Part shown: piece after piece, positions 9,241-19,316 of the stretch | Layout of the letters: the number at the start of each line of letters is the position of its first letter | How positions within the stretch are numbered: the first letter of the stretch is position 1 | Source: a virus | Taxonomy: Duplodnaviria > Heunggongvirae > Uroviricota > Caudoviricetes | DNA length: 41,346 nucleotides | Direction: 5' to 3' (one strand) | IMG/VR virus record: IMGVR_UViG_2690316296_000007 | Location: 1-41,346 of that record | Program-made: the position numbers and the translations under genes | Notes under the pieces: model-generated | The model's database searches: none | The model's input: only the letters and a program-made list of their open reading frames with translations | What the model was told of the DNA's origin: nothing

Positions 9241-9655
9241 GCGTTATCGCACTCCACAGATCATCAAAAGAAATCATTACCGGTCCGTCACGACGCCAGA
9301 GAGTGATACTGTTACCCAGTTCATTAATCCCGGTGCGGCGGATATCCAGATCAATACGGGACACCACGCCGTCATCAGTCATCCATTGCAGGCATTCGCG
9401 GATATATCCCCTTACCGTCTGCACCAGCTGATTGGTCAGTTTGCTGCGCTGAAGCAGCCACAGTCGGGAGCCGTAACGGTCATTCTGTACCGCAGGCCAG
9501 GTATCCCCCCACCATCCCATCGGGACGTCGGCATTGTCATCAGGCTCCGCCCGCCGCCAGGTGAACAGGGAAATCACCACGGCGCGGGTCAGCGGATCCA
9601 GCGGTGCGCTGGCGCAGGTGCGTTTACCGTTCACCGTCAGCCACAGTTCCATCAT
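9227..9655 (-). CDS. Baseplate protein (Mu gp46-like)
   Basis: 142-aa ORF overlapping its neighbours; position in Mu-like order. Confidence 0.65.
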   Translation of the reverse strand: MMELWLTVNGKRTCASAPLDPLTRAVVISLFTWRRAEPDDNADVPMGWWGDTWPAVQNDRYGSRLWLLQRSKLTNQLVQTVRGYIRECLQWMTDDGVVSRIDLDIRRTGINELGNSITLWRRDGPVMISFDDLWSAITHGEQ

Positions 9656-10200
9656 GCCTCCATCGCTTTATCAGGTTTGTCGGTGTTACTACCCTGACCG
9701 TTCTCTCTGTGACGATGCCCGTTATAGGCAAGCCGCATCGCTGACATGGTGGTGCCGCCGGAGTCGCACAGGTCTTTCACCTGTCCGGTCACTTCCAGAT
9801 CCATTTCAAAACGTGCTTCAGGTGCATTGCGAAACGTGATCGTTTTCCCTGCACCGTCCACCACGATCCCCTCCCGGGTCAGCGTCACGGACTGCCCCTG
9901 ATCGTCATAGACAGCCACCTCCCCCGTCTGCAGCCCTTTCAGGCGGTAGCGCCGGTCCGACACCGTAACAACCACCGCATGAGAACGGTCGCCATCCGGA
10001 AACAACACCACCGCTTCCGCACCGCTGTTTGCCCTTGCGGTAAAACCGTAGGGTTCAAGATGTTCAACCCCGGCTTTGGGTTCACCGGCAATCAGGGACA
10101 CATCCACGGTCTGACATTTCGTGGCGGCACTGATGCTTTTCACCACTGCCCGCCCAATCAGGCCGAGAAGTTGTCGCTGCATGGCTTCAATCGTCCTCAT
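9652..10200 (-). CDS. Baseplate assembly/spike protein (Mu gp45 / gpV-like)
   Basis: 182-aa ORF; position in Mu-like order. Confidence 0.7.
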   Translation of the reverse strand: MRTIEAMQRQLLGLIGRAVVKSISAATKCQTVDVSLIAGEPKAGVEHLEPYGFTARANSGAEAVVLFPDGDRSHAVVVTVSDRRYRLKGLQTGEVAVYDDQGQSVTLTREGIVVDGAGKTITFRNAPEARFEMDLEVTGQVKDLCDSGGTTMSAMRLAYNGHRHRENGQGSNTDKPDKAMEA

Positions 10201-11279
10201 CAGAACGGGTCCTCCTGTACTCTGGCTTTTTTCTTTTTCCGCGCGCCGGGGGCTTCGGGTTCAGGCAGATAAGCATCAGGTGGGCCGACACGGATTTCCG
10301 TCAGGGTGCCATTCTGGTCCTGAGTAAACGTGACTTCCGAGACAAGCAGTTCGGTATTGTCGAAACCACAGACCGGATCGAAGACAATCACCCGCTGGTT
10401 GGGCTGCCACAGCGTACCGTTACCCTGTCGCCAGCCCTGCACCACATAGGTGGTTTCATCCGTCCGCGCCGCCCGTTGTCGGGCTTCAAAGTCAGCACGC
10501 GCAATACAGCCTGCCCCCGTAGCCTGCCCTGTCTGCCTGATATACATCGGACGGTAACGGGCAATAAATGCATCCTCTGTGCGGGCCCGCAGCGCGGTGG
10601 TGGTGGCCTCACCGAAATCATCGTCGTTTCCGGCACGCTGCCCCGCCACCTGGTAAACTGAAAACCGCTCCCGGATACTCTTCTCCGTATCACAGGAAAG
10701 GATGTTTTCCCCAAGTACCAGCGCGGTATGTGCCCGCGTTGAGCCAATACCACCAATCACCAGCCTGCCGTGCGGGTCGTCATAAGCCAGCGCCTGCTGC
10801 TGACCGAGTATTTTGTTGATCACCTCGATCACCGTTTCACCGTGATCAGGCTGGACATCCGGAATAACACCCGACGGCGCATCGCTGTTCACCACCTCAA
10901 TGCCGAAAGGCGCAGCAAGCGCCTGCGCAATCTGTACCAGCGATCGTCCGTTAAACTGTGTCGGTTCGGCTGCACAGTCAATCAGGTCAGCAGTCAGACT
11001 ACGTCCGGCAATACCGGTGCTGACCGAACGGGCATCGTAACGAACGGGGGTCGCCTCCACCCAGCCGGTGATCACCAGCTCATCACCAATCAGCACTTCC
11101 ACTTTTGAACCATTTTTAATGCGCGGCTGAAGCGTGGTGATACCCTCATCTCCCGGCCACTGGCGGGTGATCTCCACGCTGAAATCCCGCGCCAGCCGTT
11201 CAATACCGGCACCGATGCGCACCGATGTCCAGCCATTCCACTCTCGGCCATTTACCCGTAGCGTGACGTTATCGTTCAT
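10200..11279 (-). CDS. Baseplate hub / tail protein (Mu P / gpD-like)
   Basis: 359-aa ORF following the DNA circulation gene. Confidence 0.7.
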   Translation of the reverse strand: MNDNVTLRVNGREWNGWTSVRIGAGIERLARDFSVEITRQWPGDEGITTLQPRIKNGSKVEVLIGDELVITGWVEATPVRYDARSVSTGIAGRSLTADLIDCAAEPTQFNGRSLVQIAQALAAPFGIEVVNSDAPSGVIPDVQPDHGETVIEVINKILGQQQALAYDDPHGRLVIGGIGSTRAHTALVLGENILSCDTEKSIRERFSVYQVAGQRAGNDDDFGEATTTALRARTEDAFIARYRPMYIRQTGQATGAGCIARADFEARQRAARTDETTYVVQGWRQGNGTLWQPNQRVIVFDPVCGFDNTELLVSEVTFTQDQNGTLTEIRVGPPDAYLPEPEAPGARKKKKARVQEDPF

Positions 11280-12604
11280 TGCACTGGCACCTTCAGAGGG
11301 ATCACCGGCACAAAGCCGGGATGCGTAATGGCATTACGCCGGATAATGTCCGCGTCACGCGCCGCGTTATCAAACCAGGTCGCCGCCAGCACCAGCGCGG
11401 GTAAAACCTCATCCGGCGTGCGCTGAATGATCCGTGCAGACTGTTCAAGGCGCGTGTTGATATCCGCATTCAGATCTGCTTTCACCCGGCGCAGCGCCAG
11501 AAACAGCGCATCACTGGTTGTACGGGACAACTCCTTATCAGTTGCCGTATTCAGTGTGTCGCGAATGTCAGTCAGTTCTTCCCACGTCGGCAGGTCAACC
11601 GTGCTTTTCACCGCCGGAGCATTGTTCAGTGCCGGATGCGTGACGGAAGGCCAGCCAGTGCTCTGCGCGGGTGTTGTTGCCTGCCCCACTGCGGCATTCT
11701 GCATCACCGCGGAAGTTGTTGGCGCAGGCAATCGGGTGACGGCATACGCCGCTTCGCTGATTGCGGTCGTACGAAGGATGCTGGCAACCACGTTACGCTG
11801 CTGCGTCGCCGTGGCGGTGGTTTTACTGTCCGTTTTCCAGACGCCGCGCGGTTGCAGATCGCTGCCGAGGCTGACACCGGAAAGCGTTTTGATCATGGTG
11901 ACCAGGTCGCTGGCGTTACCATAAAGGCGTTTCCCGGTACGCCACATTTTCTGCACCTGCTCAACGAAATTTTTGCCTGACGATGGCGGCGGCAGAAGTA
12001 CCGAGATATCCCCCTGCAACAGCCTGGCGGCATCCGATACGGCAGAATCCACCACTTTCATCGCATCAGAAACATACCCCAGCATTGTGCCGGCATTACC
12101 GACGACGTCGTTCTGCACAAAATCCGCCACGCCATCGATACTGAAACCACTGAAGCTGTCACTGATGCAGTCATCCAGTGCAGAACAGGATGACATCAGC
12201 GTCTGCGCCGTCGCCGCACCTGAAGTGGGATAAGAGAGTTCTCCCGCTTCGACAAACTTCAGGTCAAAGCGGACAATACGCCCTTCACTCTTCGATGTGC
12301 TGACCCGAACTTCCCCGTCAACACAGACTTTCAGCTCACCGTAAGTCGGATGGACAAGCGTGCCGGGACCGGGTTTATTCAGCGCGTCAATCAGGCGATC
12401 GCGCTGGTCAAAGCAGTCATCTCCCACCACATAAGCCGTGATGGACGGGCGGAAAGTGACTTTTCCCAGATCTTCGGTATAGGGTTTGTCGCGGTTCGGA
12501 TATTCGTGTGTTTCCACACGACGGCCGGTTCCCGCACTTTCTTCTTCAACCTTAAACGGCACACCTCGAAATGACGCATCCTGAAGCCTGTCTTTCCACG
12601 TCAT
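11276..12604 (-). CDS. DNA circulation protein (Mu N-like)
   Basis: ORF 11276..12610; the ATG at 12604 is preceded by GGAGTG; lies between tape measure and baseplate hub as in Mu-like tails. Confidence 0.65.
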   Translation of the reverse strand: MTWKDRLQDASFRGVPFKVEEESAGTGRRVETHEYPNRDKPYTEDLGKVTFRPSITAYVVGDDCFDQRDRLIDALNKPGPGTLVHPTYGELKVCVDGEVRVSTSKSEGRIVRFDLKFVEAGELSYPTSGAATAQTLMSSCSALDDCISDSFSGFSIDGVADFVQNDVVGNAGTMLGYVSDAMKVVDSAVSDAARLLQGDISVLLPPPSSGKNFVEQVQKMWRTGKRLYGNASDLVTMIKTLSGVSLGSDLQPRGVWKTDSKTTATATQQRNVVASILRTTAISEAAYAVTRLPAPTTSAVMQNAAVGQATTPAQSTGWPSVTHPALNNAPAVKSTVDLPTWEELTDIRDTLNTATDKELSRTTSDALFLALRRVKADLNADINTRLEQSARIIQRTPDEVLPALVLAATWFDNAARDADIIRRNAITHPGFVPVIPLKVPVQ

Positions 12605-12614
12605 ATACACTCCG

Positions 12615-12645
12615 AAAATAAAAAAGCCACCTATTAGAAGGTGGC
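12615..12645 (-). terminator. Rho-independent terminator after the tail-operon moron
   Basis: 7-bp stem GCCACCT/AGGTGGC with a 6-nt loop, followed on the minus strand by TTTTTTATTTT. Confidence 0.55.
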
Positions 12646-12665
12646 CTTGTAATGAATTTTATTAA

Positions 12666-13196
12666 TTAGCGAGTCAGAAACAACGAATCTTTATACTTTT
12701 GCTGTTGTTCATTTAAATACTTAGCTGTTTCATCGCTGGCAAATGGAAATATTACCGTATTTTTAGGCATGGTAATTTCTTTTTTGTCCAGCGTCAGAGT
12801 AAACATAGGAACATACTGAGCAGAGTAACGCACCGCAGAAACGAGCTCTAGTTTAGACTCTTCAATAACACTTAAATTATCCAGGCTAACTTTCTCTTCA
12901 TCTTTTTTCTTTGACGCATTTAAAGTTTTTATTACTTTATTTAATTTCTCCTGAAAATCCTCCTTAAAGTTTTCAGGATTGCCGTCGACAACAAGAATCT
13001 GTTCGCCCTGATTATCTGGAAAAATAATCTTTGCACTTATCAATTTATTTTCTTTATAAACATCACCAAGTTTTATGGCTCCTCCAGATAACTGAATAAT
13101 ATGTTCATCTTTAAAGGAGATGTTGCCAGAGATTATGAGAGATGAAAAAATAGCCGCTGCTCCAAGAATTACACTTGCTGTGATATAGCCTTTCAT
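12666..13196 (-). CDS. Moron: predicted secreted/periplasmic protein, unknown function
   Basis: AT-rich 176-aa ORF between tape measure and DNA circulation genes; signal-peptide-like N-terminus MKGYITASVILGAAAIFSSLIISG; lysine-rich; own terminator. Confidence 0.55.
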   Translation of the reverse strand: MKGYITASVILGAAAIFSSLIISGNISFKDEHIIQLSGGAIKLGDVYKENKLISAKIIFPDNQGEQILVVDGNPENFKEDFQEKLNKVIKTLNASKKKDEEKVSLDNLSVIEESKLELVSAVRYSAQYVPMFTLTLDKKEITMPKNTVIFPFASDETAKYLNEQQQKYKDSLFLTR

Positions 13197-13287
13197 TTTT
13201 CGCCTATTAACATTTTTCTAAATGTGCATTAATTCTATCACTCTATTTATGACTTACAACCAGCAATACATGTGAGGGGAATCCTAG

Positions 13288-15120
13288 CTACCAAAATCGG
13301 GTATAGCCAACATCGTGATTTATATCAATGCCACTGGAGCGTGTTTCCGTAACCCGCATACCTGGTGGCATATTTATAAATGATACCTTGATCTCACCAT
13401 CAACTTTTGGCGCGGTAGCTTTATTAATCATGAAGGGATTCGAGCCTGTGGCATCGGAGGCGTTGTTTGACTGAGCCGGATCTACCGCCGGATAAGGTGT
13501 GTATCCCCGCGCCGGTATTCCCGTCCCATAAGCATCATAAGCACCCGCGCCCCACTGCGCAGAGTTAATGGCATCGACCGTGTCACCGGAACTGTCGGTA
13601 AACCACTCAATAATTGGCTTCAGCTTGTCCCACATATCCTGAAACCACTTAACAACCGGCCCCCAGTTATTGATCACCATCCCCAGCGGCGACCAGGCAA
13701 AAACTTTCTTAAGGAGTTCCCAGCCAGCCTCAAAATAAGGACTAATGGTTTCCCAGAGCTTCTTGAAATAAGGTCCGACAACATCCCAGTTGGTGATAAT
13801 TAATCCCGCAGCCAGGGCTATCGCCGTCGCAATCATGCCAATCGGCGTCATCGACATGATCCTGCTGACAATGCTGATGGCACTGCCCACGCCCATCAAT
13901 CCCAGTTTCAGAATCGCAAGACCGGCAGCAAGCCCGACGACGCCGCGAATAACCCGGGGATTTTCATCCGCAAACTTCGTGAATTTCTCCCCCAACTCCC
14001 CCAGCCACTGCGTGATGTTCTTAGCGTCACCAGAAAATGCGCCGCCAATAGCCGCAAGGCCGTTAGTTGCGGTCCCCGTCATTGCCTCCCACAGGTTGGA
14101 CAGCGTACCAAGCTGAGCCTGAACACGTTTATTCAGGCTGGCCTGTTTATTCATCTTCTGCTGGATCTGATCGTAGCCATCCTTTCCTTTATCGATCAGC
14201 GCATTGACCACCTGAAGGGTTTCGGCATCATCACCAAATATTGCCTTAAGTACACCGGTTCGCTTAACGTCGGTCAGTTTTCGCAGCTTTGCCAGTTGCC
14301 TGAACATGTTATCAAGACCACCAAAACTCCCTTTGCCATCAGTAAAATCGAGCTGTACCCCGAGTTTCTGGCGGGCCATGATTTTATTGACGTCCCTGAT
14401 TTTCTTAACGCTTAATCCGGACTGGATAACTTTTCGCAGGGCATTACCTGCCGACTCCCCGTTCATCCCCATCTGATCCATCATGACACTGATGGGGGCA
14501 AGACTCTGTGCAGCCTGAAGACCGTCCTTATTCACCATCTTCAGAACAGAGCTGGTTTTAGTGAAGAATGACAGCATGTTGGTGTCGTCAACGCCCAGAT
14601 AAAACGCCTTCTGAATTGTGTCGAACAGCCCCATCATGTCTTCTGAGGCCGTTCCGGTAGCATCCTGCATCTTTGCGGCAAACTCGGCAGCCGCTTCCGG
14701 TGTTTTTTTCAGTTGTACCGCAAGATAAGCTGTCGCTTTACCCACACCACCCAGAATGTTTTCTGCCGGGATCCCCTGACGCACCAGCATCTGCATCATG
14801 TTCTGGAAATCAGCCGTTGTACCGGGTAGCTGGTTACCCAGGCCAATAGCCAGTTTATTGATGTCCTGAAAGCTCTTTCCAACCTCGCCGTTCGCATCCA
14901 TCATGGCGACTTTCAGCCCGGTAGCGGCGTTTTCCTGATCGGCATAAGATTTCAGGGAAAGCGTCAGCCCCGCTGCCAGTCCGCCACCAAGCGCCAGCCC
15001 ACCCTGTGACGCTTCTTCCGCCTGGCGTTTAAATCCCCGGATTTTCTTTTGCATTTTCGACAGCGCGGGAGAAAGCCTGTCGACACCGGTGATCAACGCC
15101 TTAAGCTCAAATTCAGCCAT
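13288..15120 (-). CDS. Tail tape measure protein
   Basis: 610 aa, Ala/Gly-rich with hydrophobic segments, immediately after the chaperone pair. Confidence 0.85.
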   Translation of the reverse strand: MAEFELKALITGVDRLSPALSKMQKKIRGFKRQAEEASQGGLALGGGLAAGLTLSLKSYADQENAATGLKVAMMDANGEVGKSFQDINKLAIGLGNQLPGTTADFQNMMQMLVRQGIPAENILGGVGKATAYLAVQLKKTPEAAAEFAAKMQDATGTASEDMMGLFDTIQKAFYLGVDDTNMLSFFTKTSSVLKMVNKDGLQAAQSLAPISVMMDQMGMNGESAGNALRKVIQSGLSVKKIRDVNKIMARQKLGVQLDFTDGKGSFGGLDNMFRQLAKLRKLTDVKRTGVLKAIFGDDAETLQVVNALIDKGKDGYDQIQQKMNKQASLNKRVQAQLGTLSNLWEAMTGTATNGLAAIGGAFSGDAKNITQWLGELGEKFTKFADENPRVIRGVVGLAAGLAILKLGLMGVGSAISIVSRIMSMTPIGMIATAIALAAGLIITNWDVVGPYFKKLWETISPYFEAGWELLKKVFAWSPLGMVINNWGPVVKWFQDMWDKLKPIIEWFTDSSGDTVDAINSAQWGAGAYDAYGTGIPARGYTPYPAVDPAQSNNASDATGSNPFMINKATAPKVDGEIKVSFINMPPGMRVTETRSSGIDINHDVGYTRFW

Positions 15121-15531
15121 GTGTGCGTTTCTCCTGCTCTATCCTGTTTGCCTGACTGACCAGCAAGGGAATTTCACTGATCGGCATATTCAGCAATTCG
15201 AAGGGATTAATGCGCCAGTAGCTGGCGCAGTCAAAGAAGCGATCAGTGAGGTATTCAGCCGTCAGGCCTGGAGGAAAAAACCAGCCACAAGCCACGCCGC
15301 TGCATTCAGGTCTGCCGGAGACATCTGGTCGACAGAGCTTTGCGGCACTTTCGCCAGCCGCACAATGTATTTCGACACCACATGCGCCAGAAGTCTGACG
15401 GACTCATCCTGATTCATCTGGTAGGGATACCCCAGCTCGCGGACATCCTTCCCGGTGGGTTCATCAAACTCCAGTACGGAGAGTGTCTCACCATGAGCGA
15501 TAATCGGTTTCTTTAACTCAAGCTCTTTCAT
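15113..15531 (-). CDS. Tail assembly chaperone (G-like product 15262..15531) and -1 frameshift extension (GT-like, to 15113)
   Basis: Two overlapping ORFs in frames 0 and -1 between tube and tape measure; slippery heptamer T_TTT_TTC in the overlap. Confidence 0.6.
15274..15280 (-). promoter_or_regulatory. Programmed -1 frameshift slippery site (U UUU UUC)
   Basis: Heptamer in X_XXY_YYZ register at the end of the chaperone ORF; shifted frame continues ...GFFPPGLTAEYL... Confidence 0.5.
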
Positions 15532-15887
15532 TACTGGTAATCCCCTTCTTCACCGTGGAACTCAAGATCAACCGTGCCTTCTTCGGCATTATGGTTCGCT
15601 TCTCCGTGCAGCCAGGCGGACGACAATACATAGACCTGACCGTTCGCCAGCTCGGCAGTGATGGTCATCTCATCAGACGAGGTGATTTTGCTCACCGGAA
15701 AATTCTTCGGCACCTTGAAGGTCCCTTTGACATAAGGCGCACGGTGAGTTTCCTTGCGGTCCACTGAACCGTCCAGGCCGATGATGTCATCATTGACCGT
15801 CCTGTTCATGGGCACCTCAATGCCGCCGGTCAGCGATAGCTGCTGACCGTCAATTTTGAAATAACAGGTTCCCCCGATACGGGCCAT
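15531..15887 (-). CDS. Tail tube protein
   Basis: 118-aa ORF immediately after the sheath gene (TAATG overlap). Confidence 0.75.
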   Translation of the reverse strand: MARIGGTCYFKIDGQQLSLTGGIEVPMNRTVNDDIIGLDGSVDRKETHRAPYVKGTFKVPKNFPVSKITSSDEMTITAELANGQVYVLSSAWLHGEANHNAEEGTVDLEFHGEEGDYQ

Positions 15888-17383
15888 TATGCAGACTCCT
15901 CTGAATACTGAAGACGGAACTGGTTAACCACGGCAAAAACACGCAACTGGTTAACATAGTCAGGCGGGAACAGCGTGTTCAGGCGGTTCGGATCGCTGGC
16001 ATCACGCTCAACAACCAAGTACTGCTTAAACAGTTCGTAGTTTTCCACGATCCCCGCACACTCAAGCTGACGGTAGGTTGCCAGCAGTTCCCCTTTGATT
16101 ACCGCCGGGGTGACAATCGCCTGACCGGGACCAAAGCGGGTACCGTCGCTGGCAAGCTTGTGACGCCCGTACTTACTGGTAATGACGGATTTCAGTTTGC
16201 GCAGTACATACGCACTGGTATGCAGCGTCTCGCTGTCGAGGTAGCTGTTATCCGCAACCCCGTAAGCATTTTTCCTGTACGTGGTGACATCACGCTGAAT
16301 GCGCAGCCCCCCGCTTTCGACATACGCCGTTGCCACGCCATGAGACAGCAGGGTCTGCTGCTCGGTCATCGTGAACCGTTTCCCCTTCGGCGCAGGCAGC
16401 ATACCCACCAGCTCACCGGTCTGCGTGGGACGTGCCGGATCGTTGCGGATAAACACCGCTGCGCGGGCGGTACGGCTTGCCGCCAGCTCGTCGGCAGGCG
16501 TCTGGGTCTCTTTTTCGTACCCCGCTAGGGTGATGTGCTGCTGGTTAAACTGGTCACCTGCGTTCACCAGTTCTGACAGTGTGCCGGTCTTTGCCGTATA
16601 CACATGACCATACAGCTGACGCGCATAGCTCCAGCGACCGCTGGTATCGTTCATCTCGGTCACCAGCGTGTTAACGGAGGCCGTGTCGTTGAACGGCAGA
16701 CCGATATAATCAAACGGCTCATCCGCCATTGCAGCCACCGCGCCGGTGAGAACCGGAGCGCCCGTTCCGGCGGTCCCCGTCGCCACGGCAATCTGTACGC
16801 CCGCTGGCAGCACTTCACCCCCACCGAAGCCGTAGTAATTGAGGCTGACAGGAATTTCATTCCCGCAAAGCCCCTTATGACGCGCGGTCAGCGTGACAAC
16901 ACCAGCCGAAGATGAAGCTGTAAACGGCAGAGTCGGAACGGCATTGATGGCATCCTGGATACTGCTGGCAATCGTCGTGACGTTATCGCCGTTGGTCACC
17001 GGAGCCTGCACACGGGTACGTCCCACATAGACATTCACCGTGCCGCTTTCGGTTGCTTCCCCGGTCACCGTCAGCGTAACCGTTGCCGCCGCGCCTGTGG
17101 CTTCCGGAACGGCAATCACATACAGCTCGCCAAACGGGTCAGTCTGGCGATAAGCCTCGACCATACGCGCCAGCTGACTTCCCGCACCACAAATCTGGCG
17201 TGCATAGTCTGCCGACGGCATCAGCACCAGGCTGTTGGCAACAATCTCTGCACCGTTATTGGCATGACCAATCAGCAGCGATGCTCCGCTGTCCTGTGCA
17301 GTATTCGCCGCCGAGTTATCCATTTCCGCATAAAACAGCGGAACCAGCGTATTCGACGGAATGGTGTTAAAGCTTATCGTCAT
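15887..17383 (-). CDS. Contractile tail sheath protein
   Basis: 498-aa ORF with sheath-like character, upstream of tube. Confidence 0.85.
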   Translation of the reverse strand: MTISFNTIPSNTLVPLFYAEMDNSAANTAQDSGASLLIGHANNGAEIVANSLVLMPSADYARQICGAGSQLARMVEAYRQTDPFGELYVIAVPEATGAAATVTLTVTGEATESGTVNVYVGRTRVQAPVTNGDNVTTIASSIQDAINAVPTLPFTASSSAGVVTLTARHKGLCGNEIPVSLNYYGFGGGEVLPAGVQIAVATGTAGTGAPVLTGAVAAMADEPFDYIGLPFNDTASVNTLVTEMNDTSGRWSYARQLYGHVYTAKTGTLSELVNAGDQFNQQHITLAGYEKETQTPADELAASRTARAAVFIRNDPARPTQTGELVGMLPAPKGKRFTMTEQQTLLSHGVATAYVESGGLRIQRDVTTYRKNAYGVADNSYLDSETLHTSAYVLRKLKSVITSKYGRHKLASDGTRFGPGQAIVTPAVIKGELLATYRQLECAGIVENYELFKQYLVVERDASDPNRLNTLFPPDYVNQLRVFAVVNQFRLQYSEESA

Positions 17384-17537
17384 CGGTGTTCACCTTTTTA
17401 TTCACGCGCCGGATATCACCCGCGGCTTCACGGCGCAGCCAGTAGTTGTTCTCGTCAACATTTCGCCCTTCGGCGGGCAAAAGGTCGCCGCGGGCAGGGT
17501 CAGGCACTGACCGCCCTTTAACAGGTTTCACAAACAT
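17367..17537 (-). CDS. Small conserved tail-module protein (Mu-like DUF2635-type), 56 aa
   Basis: Hand-translated ORF MFVKPVKGRSVPDPARGDLLPAEGRNVDENNYWLRREAAGDI..., not in the supplied track; overlaps the sheath start; no clear Shine-Dalgarno. Confidence 0.4.
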   Translation of the reverse strand: MFVKPVKGRSVPDPARGDLLPAEGRNVDENNYWLRREAAGDIRRVNKKVNTDDDKL

Positions 17538-17545
17538 GATGATTC

Positions 17546-18106
17546 TCAGGAAGGAAGGGTTATTTCGGTGTGATGTTCGATATCGCCGTCAGGCCCGTTA
17601 CCGGGATCGAGATAATCAACATCAATCGCCAGCGTTCGCAGTTCATCTAGACTGTTCAGGTCATCCTGCTGGCGGGTATCGTCTTCAGTCAGCTCGCTGA
17701 TGACCGAAAAATCGAACTGATAAATCAGCTCATGACGATTCAGATCCAGCAGCGTACCGCCGTCATAGGTAATCGGGTTACCGCACGCTTCCGGGTTCCA
17801 GCCCAGCAGAGCCTTAAAGAGCATCTGCCGGACATCGTCCACCACATCATACGAGGCAAACTGACCGCGCTCATCACGCCCGTTACTCAGTATGACAACC
17901 ACGGAGAAGCCCTCTTTCAGCTCCTGCCAGTAGTCGGTCTGGCTTTTGTTTTCTCCCGGAGAGTCATCACCCGGTACCACATATGCCGCCGGGAGCTTCA
18001 GCTTTCCGACCTCCGGCAGATTTTTGAACTGGGCCGCGCCTGCAACCCGGTTTTCAAAATACGGACAGCGGGCACGCAGTGCAGCAATAACAGGCGTCAG
18101 TTTCAT
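17546..18106 (-). CDS. Tail-module virion protein (Mu gp37-like)
   Basis: 186-aa ORF between the head-completion genes and sheath. Confidence 0.6.
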   Translation of the reverse strand: MKLTPVIAALRARCPYFENRVAGAAQFKNLPEVGKLKLPAAYVVPGDDSPGENKSQTDYWQELKEGFSVVVILSNGRDERGQFASYDVVDDVRQMLFKALLGWNPEACGNPITYDGGTLLDLNRHELIYQFDFSVISELTEDDTRQQDDLNSLDELRTLAIDVDYLDPGNGPDGDIEHHTEITLPS

Positions 18107-18609
18107 CTGTGTCGTCGCTCCGGCTTCAGTGATTTACGCAATTCCCGCGCCAGAAAATAGCGTGTCCAGCTGCGGTTCTTTTCAAGAGTTTCCACCATGA
18201 AGTTATTACGTGGAGCCAGTCGCCAGCCGCTGCCACCGGATGCACCACGATGATGGCTGCGACGACGCTTTGCCCCTCGCCTCACGCCATAGAACAAAAA
18301 AGCCGGATAAAAATCACCGGTGATACGGCGGTTTCCCTCTCCATTACGCTGGTTAGGGGCTATACGTGCCATAAAACCAGGGCGATGTTTACTGGCTCTC
18401 GGCACCATGTAACCAATCGAACGAGCCAGGCGTCCGGTCTGATAACCGGGGTTTTCACCCGGTGCCGACCGCGCACGGCGCATCACCAGCCGACGGGCAT
18501 CACGCATATGACGCTGCCCAATCGTGATAAACGCCCGCCGGACACGGGCGCGGTTAAAGCGCATCTCCGCGGGCTGCTGAACATCAACGTGAAAAAAGGG
18601 AGTCGCCAT
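18103..18609 (-). CDS. Virion morphogenesis / tail completion protein
   Basis: 168-aa basic protein in the head-tail joining region. Confidence 0.55.
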   Translation of the reverse strand: MATPFFHVDVQQPAEMRFNRARVRRAFITIGQRHMRDARRLVMRRARSAPGENPGYQTGRLARSIGYMVPRASKHRPGFMARIAPNQRNGEGNRRITGDFYPAFLFYGVRRGAKRRRSHHRGASGGSGWRLAPRNNFMVETLEKNRSWTRYFLARELRKSLKPERRHR

Positions 18610-18994
18610 TGCTGCCTCCGTGACTCTGCGTAAATTCGCCCAGTTCCGTACACTCCAGCAGCAGAAAGCGCCGCGCCCCGTTCAGATCGCGCTGACGTTT
18701 CACCCGGTACACACTGTCACCGCAGACCACCTCATAATCAGCGGTGATCCCCCGGCGGTAGCGAATGGTGATGTAATGGGTGATGGCGTCCCCGGTCTGC
18801 GCGGTTTCCTGCCAGGTGGTGGCACTGGTCTGGATAACCTTCGCCCATGTCCGGAACGTAACCGGGTATTGAGACTCCACGCCAAAGTTACCCGCGGGCA
18901 TATCCACCCGCTGGCGGATCAGGACGCGTTTATTCAGTTCACCGGGGTCCGGCAGAATGTAGGTTGCGCTGGTCTGCGCCTGACGAATTTTCAT
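18584..18994 (-). CDS. Head-tail adaptor / head closure protein
   Basis: 136-aa ORF downstream of the connector gene. Confidence 0.55.
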   Translation of the reverse strand: MKIRQAQTSATYILPDPGELNKRVLIRQRVDMPAGNFGVESQYPVTFRTWAKVIQTSATTWQETAQTGDAITHYITIRYRRGITADYEVVCGDSVYRVKRQRDLNGARRFLLLECTELGEFTQSHGGSNGDSLFSR

Positions 18995-19314
18995 TGCGGA
19001 AAGTACCTGTACGGGCCGACAAGCCAGCCAAAACTCTGCGGCATGTCGAGTTTCTCCACCTCCGTAACCGACGAGCGGTTTTCGTAAAAATGGCTGATAA
19101 GCATCAGCATCCCCAGACGAATATCATCCGGCAGGTGCAGCCCGTCCGGATCGCTGTCCGGAATGGTTTCATCCGGTGCATAGAGCTTCCGGTTCAGATA
19201 CGTTTCCGTCCGCTTTTGTGCCGCACAGGCCAGCAGTTGCAGATGGCGGTCATCAGCATCGAAATCCTCATCCAGCCGGAGTTGGGCTTTAATCTCTTCC
19301 ATTGTCAGAAGCAT
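18991..19314 (-). CDS. Head-tail connector protein (gp6-like)
   Basis: 107-aa acidic ORF after the capsid gene. Confidence 0.6.
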   Translation of the reverse strand: MLLTMEEIKAQLRLDEDFDADDRHLQLLACAAQKRTETYLNRKLYAPDETIPDSDPDGLHLPDDIRLGMLMLISHFYENRSSVTEVEKLDMPQSFGWLVGPYRYFPQ

Positions 19315-19316
19315 AC

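Noticed and set aside
10388-10819. Several 80 to 120-aa ORFs antisense to or out of frame with baseplate genes (similar cases at 8260..8893, 16160..16915, 17732..18200, 18250..19087, 19921..20875)
   Set aside because: GC-rich structural genes generate long spurious open frames; they are Arg/Pro/Ser-rich and fully nested in well-supported genes
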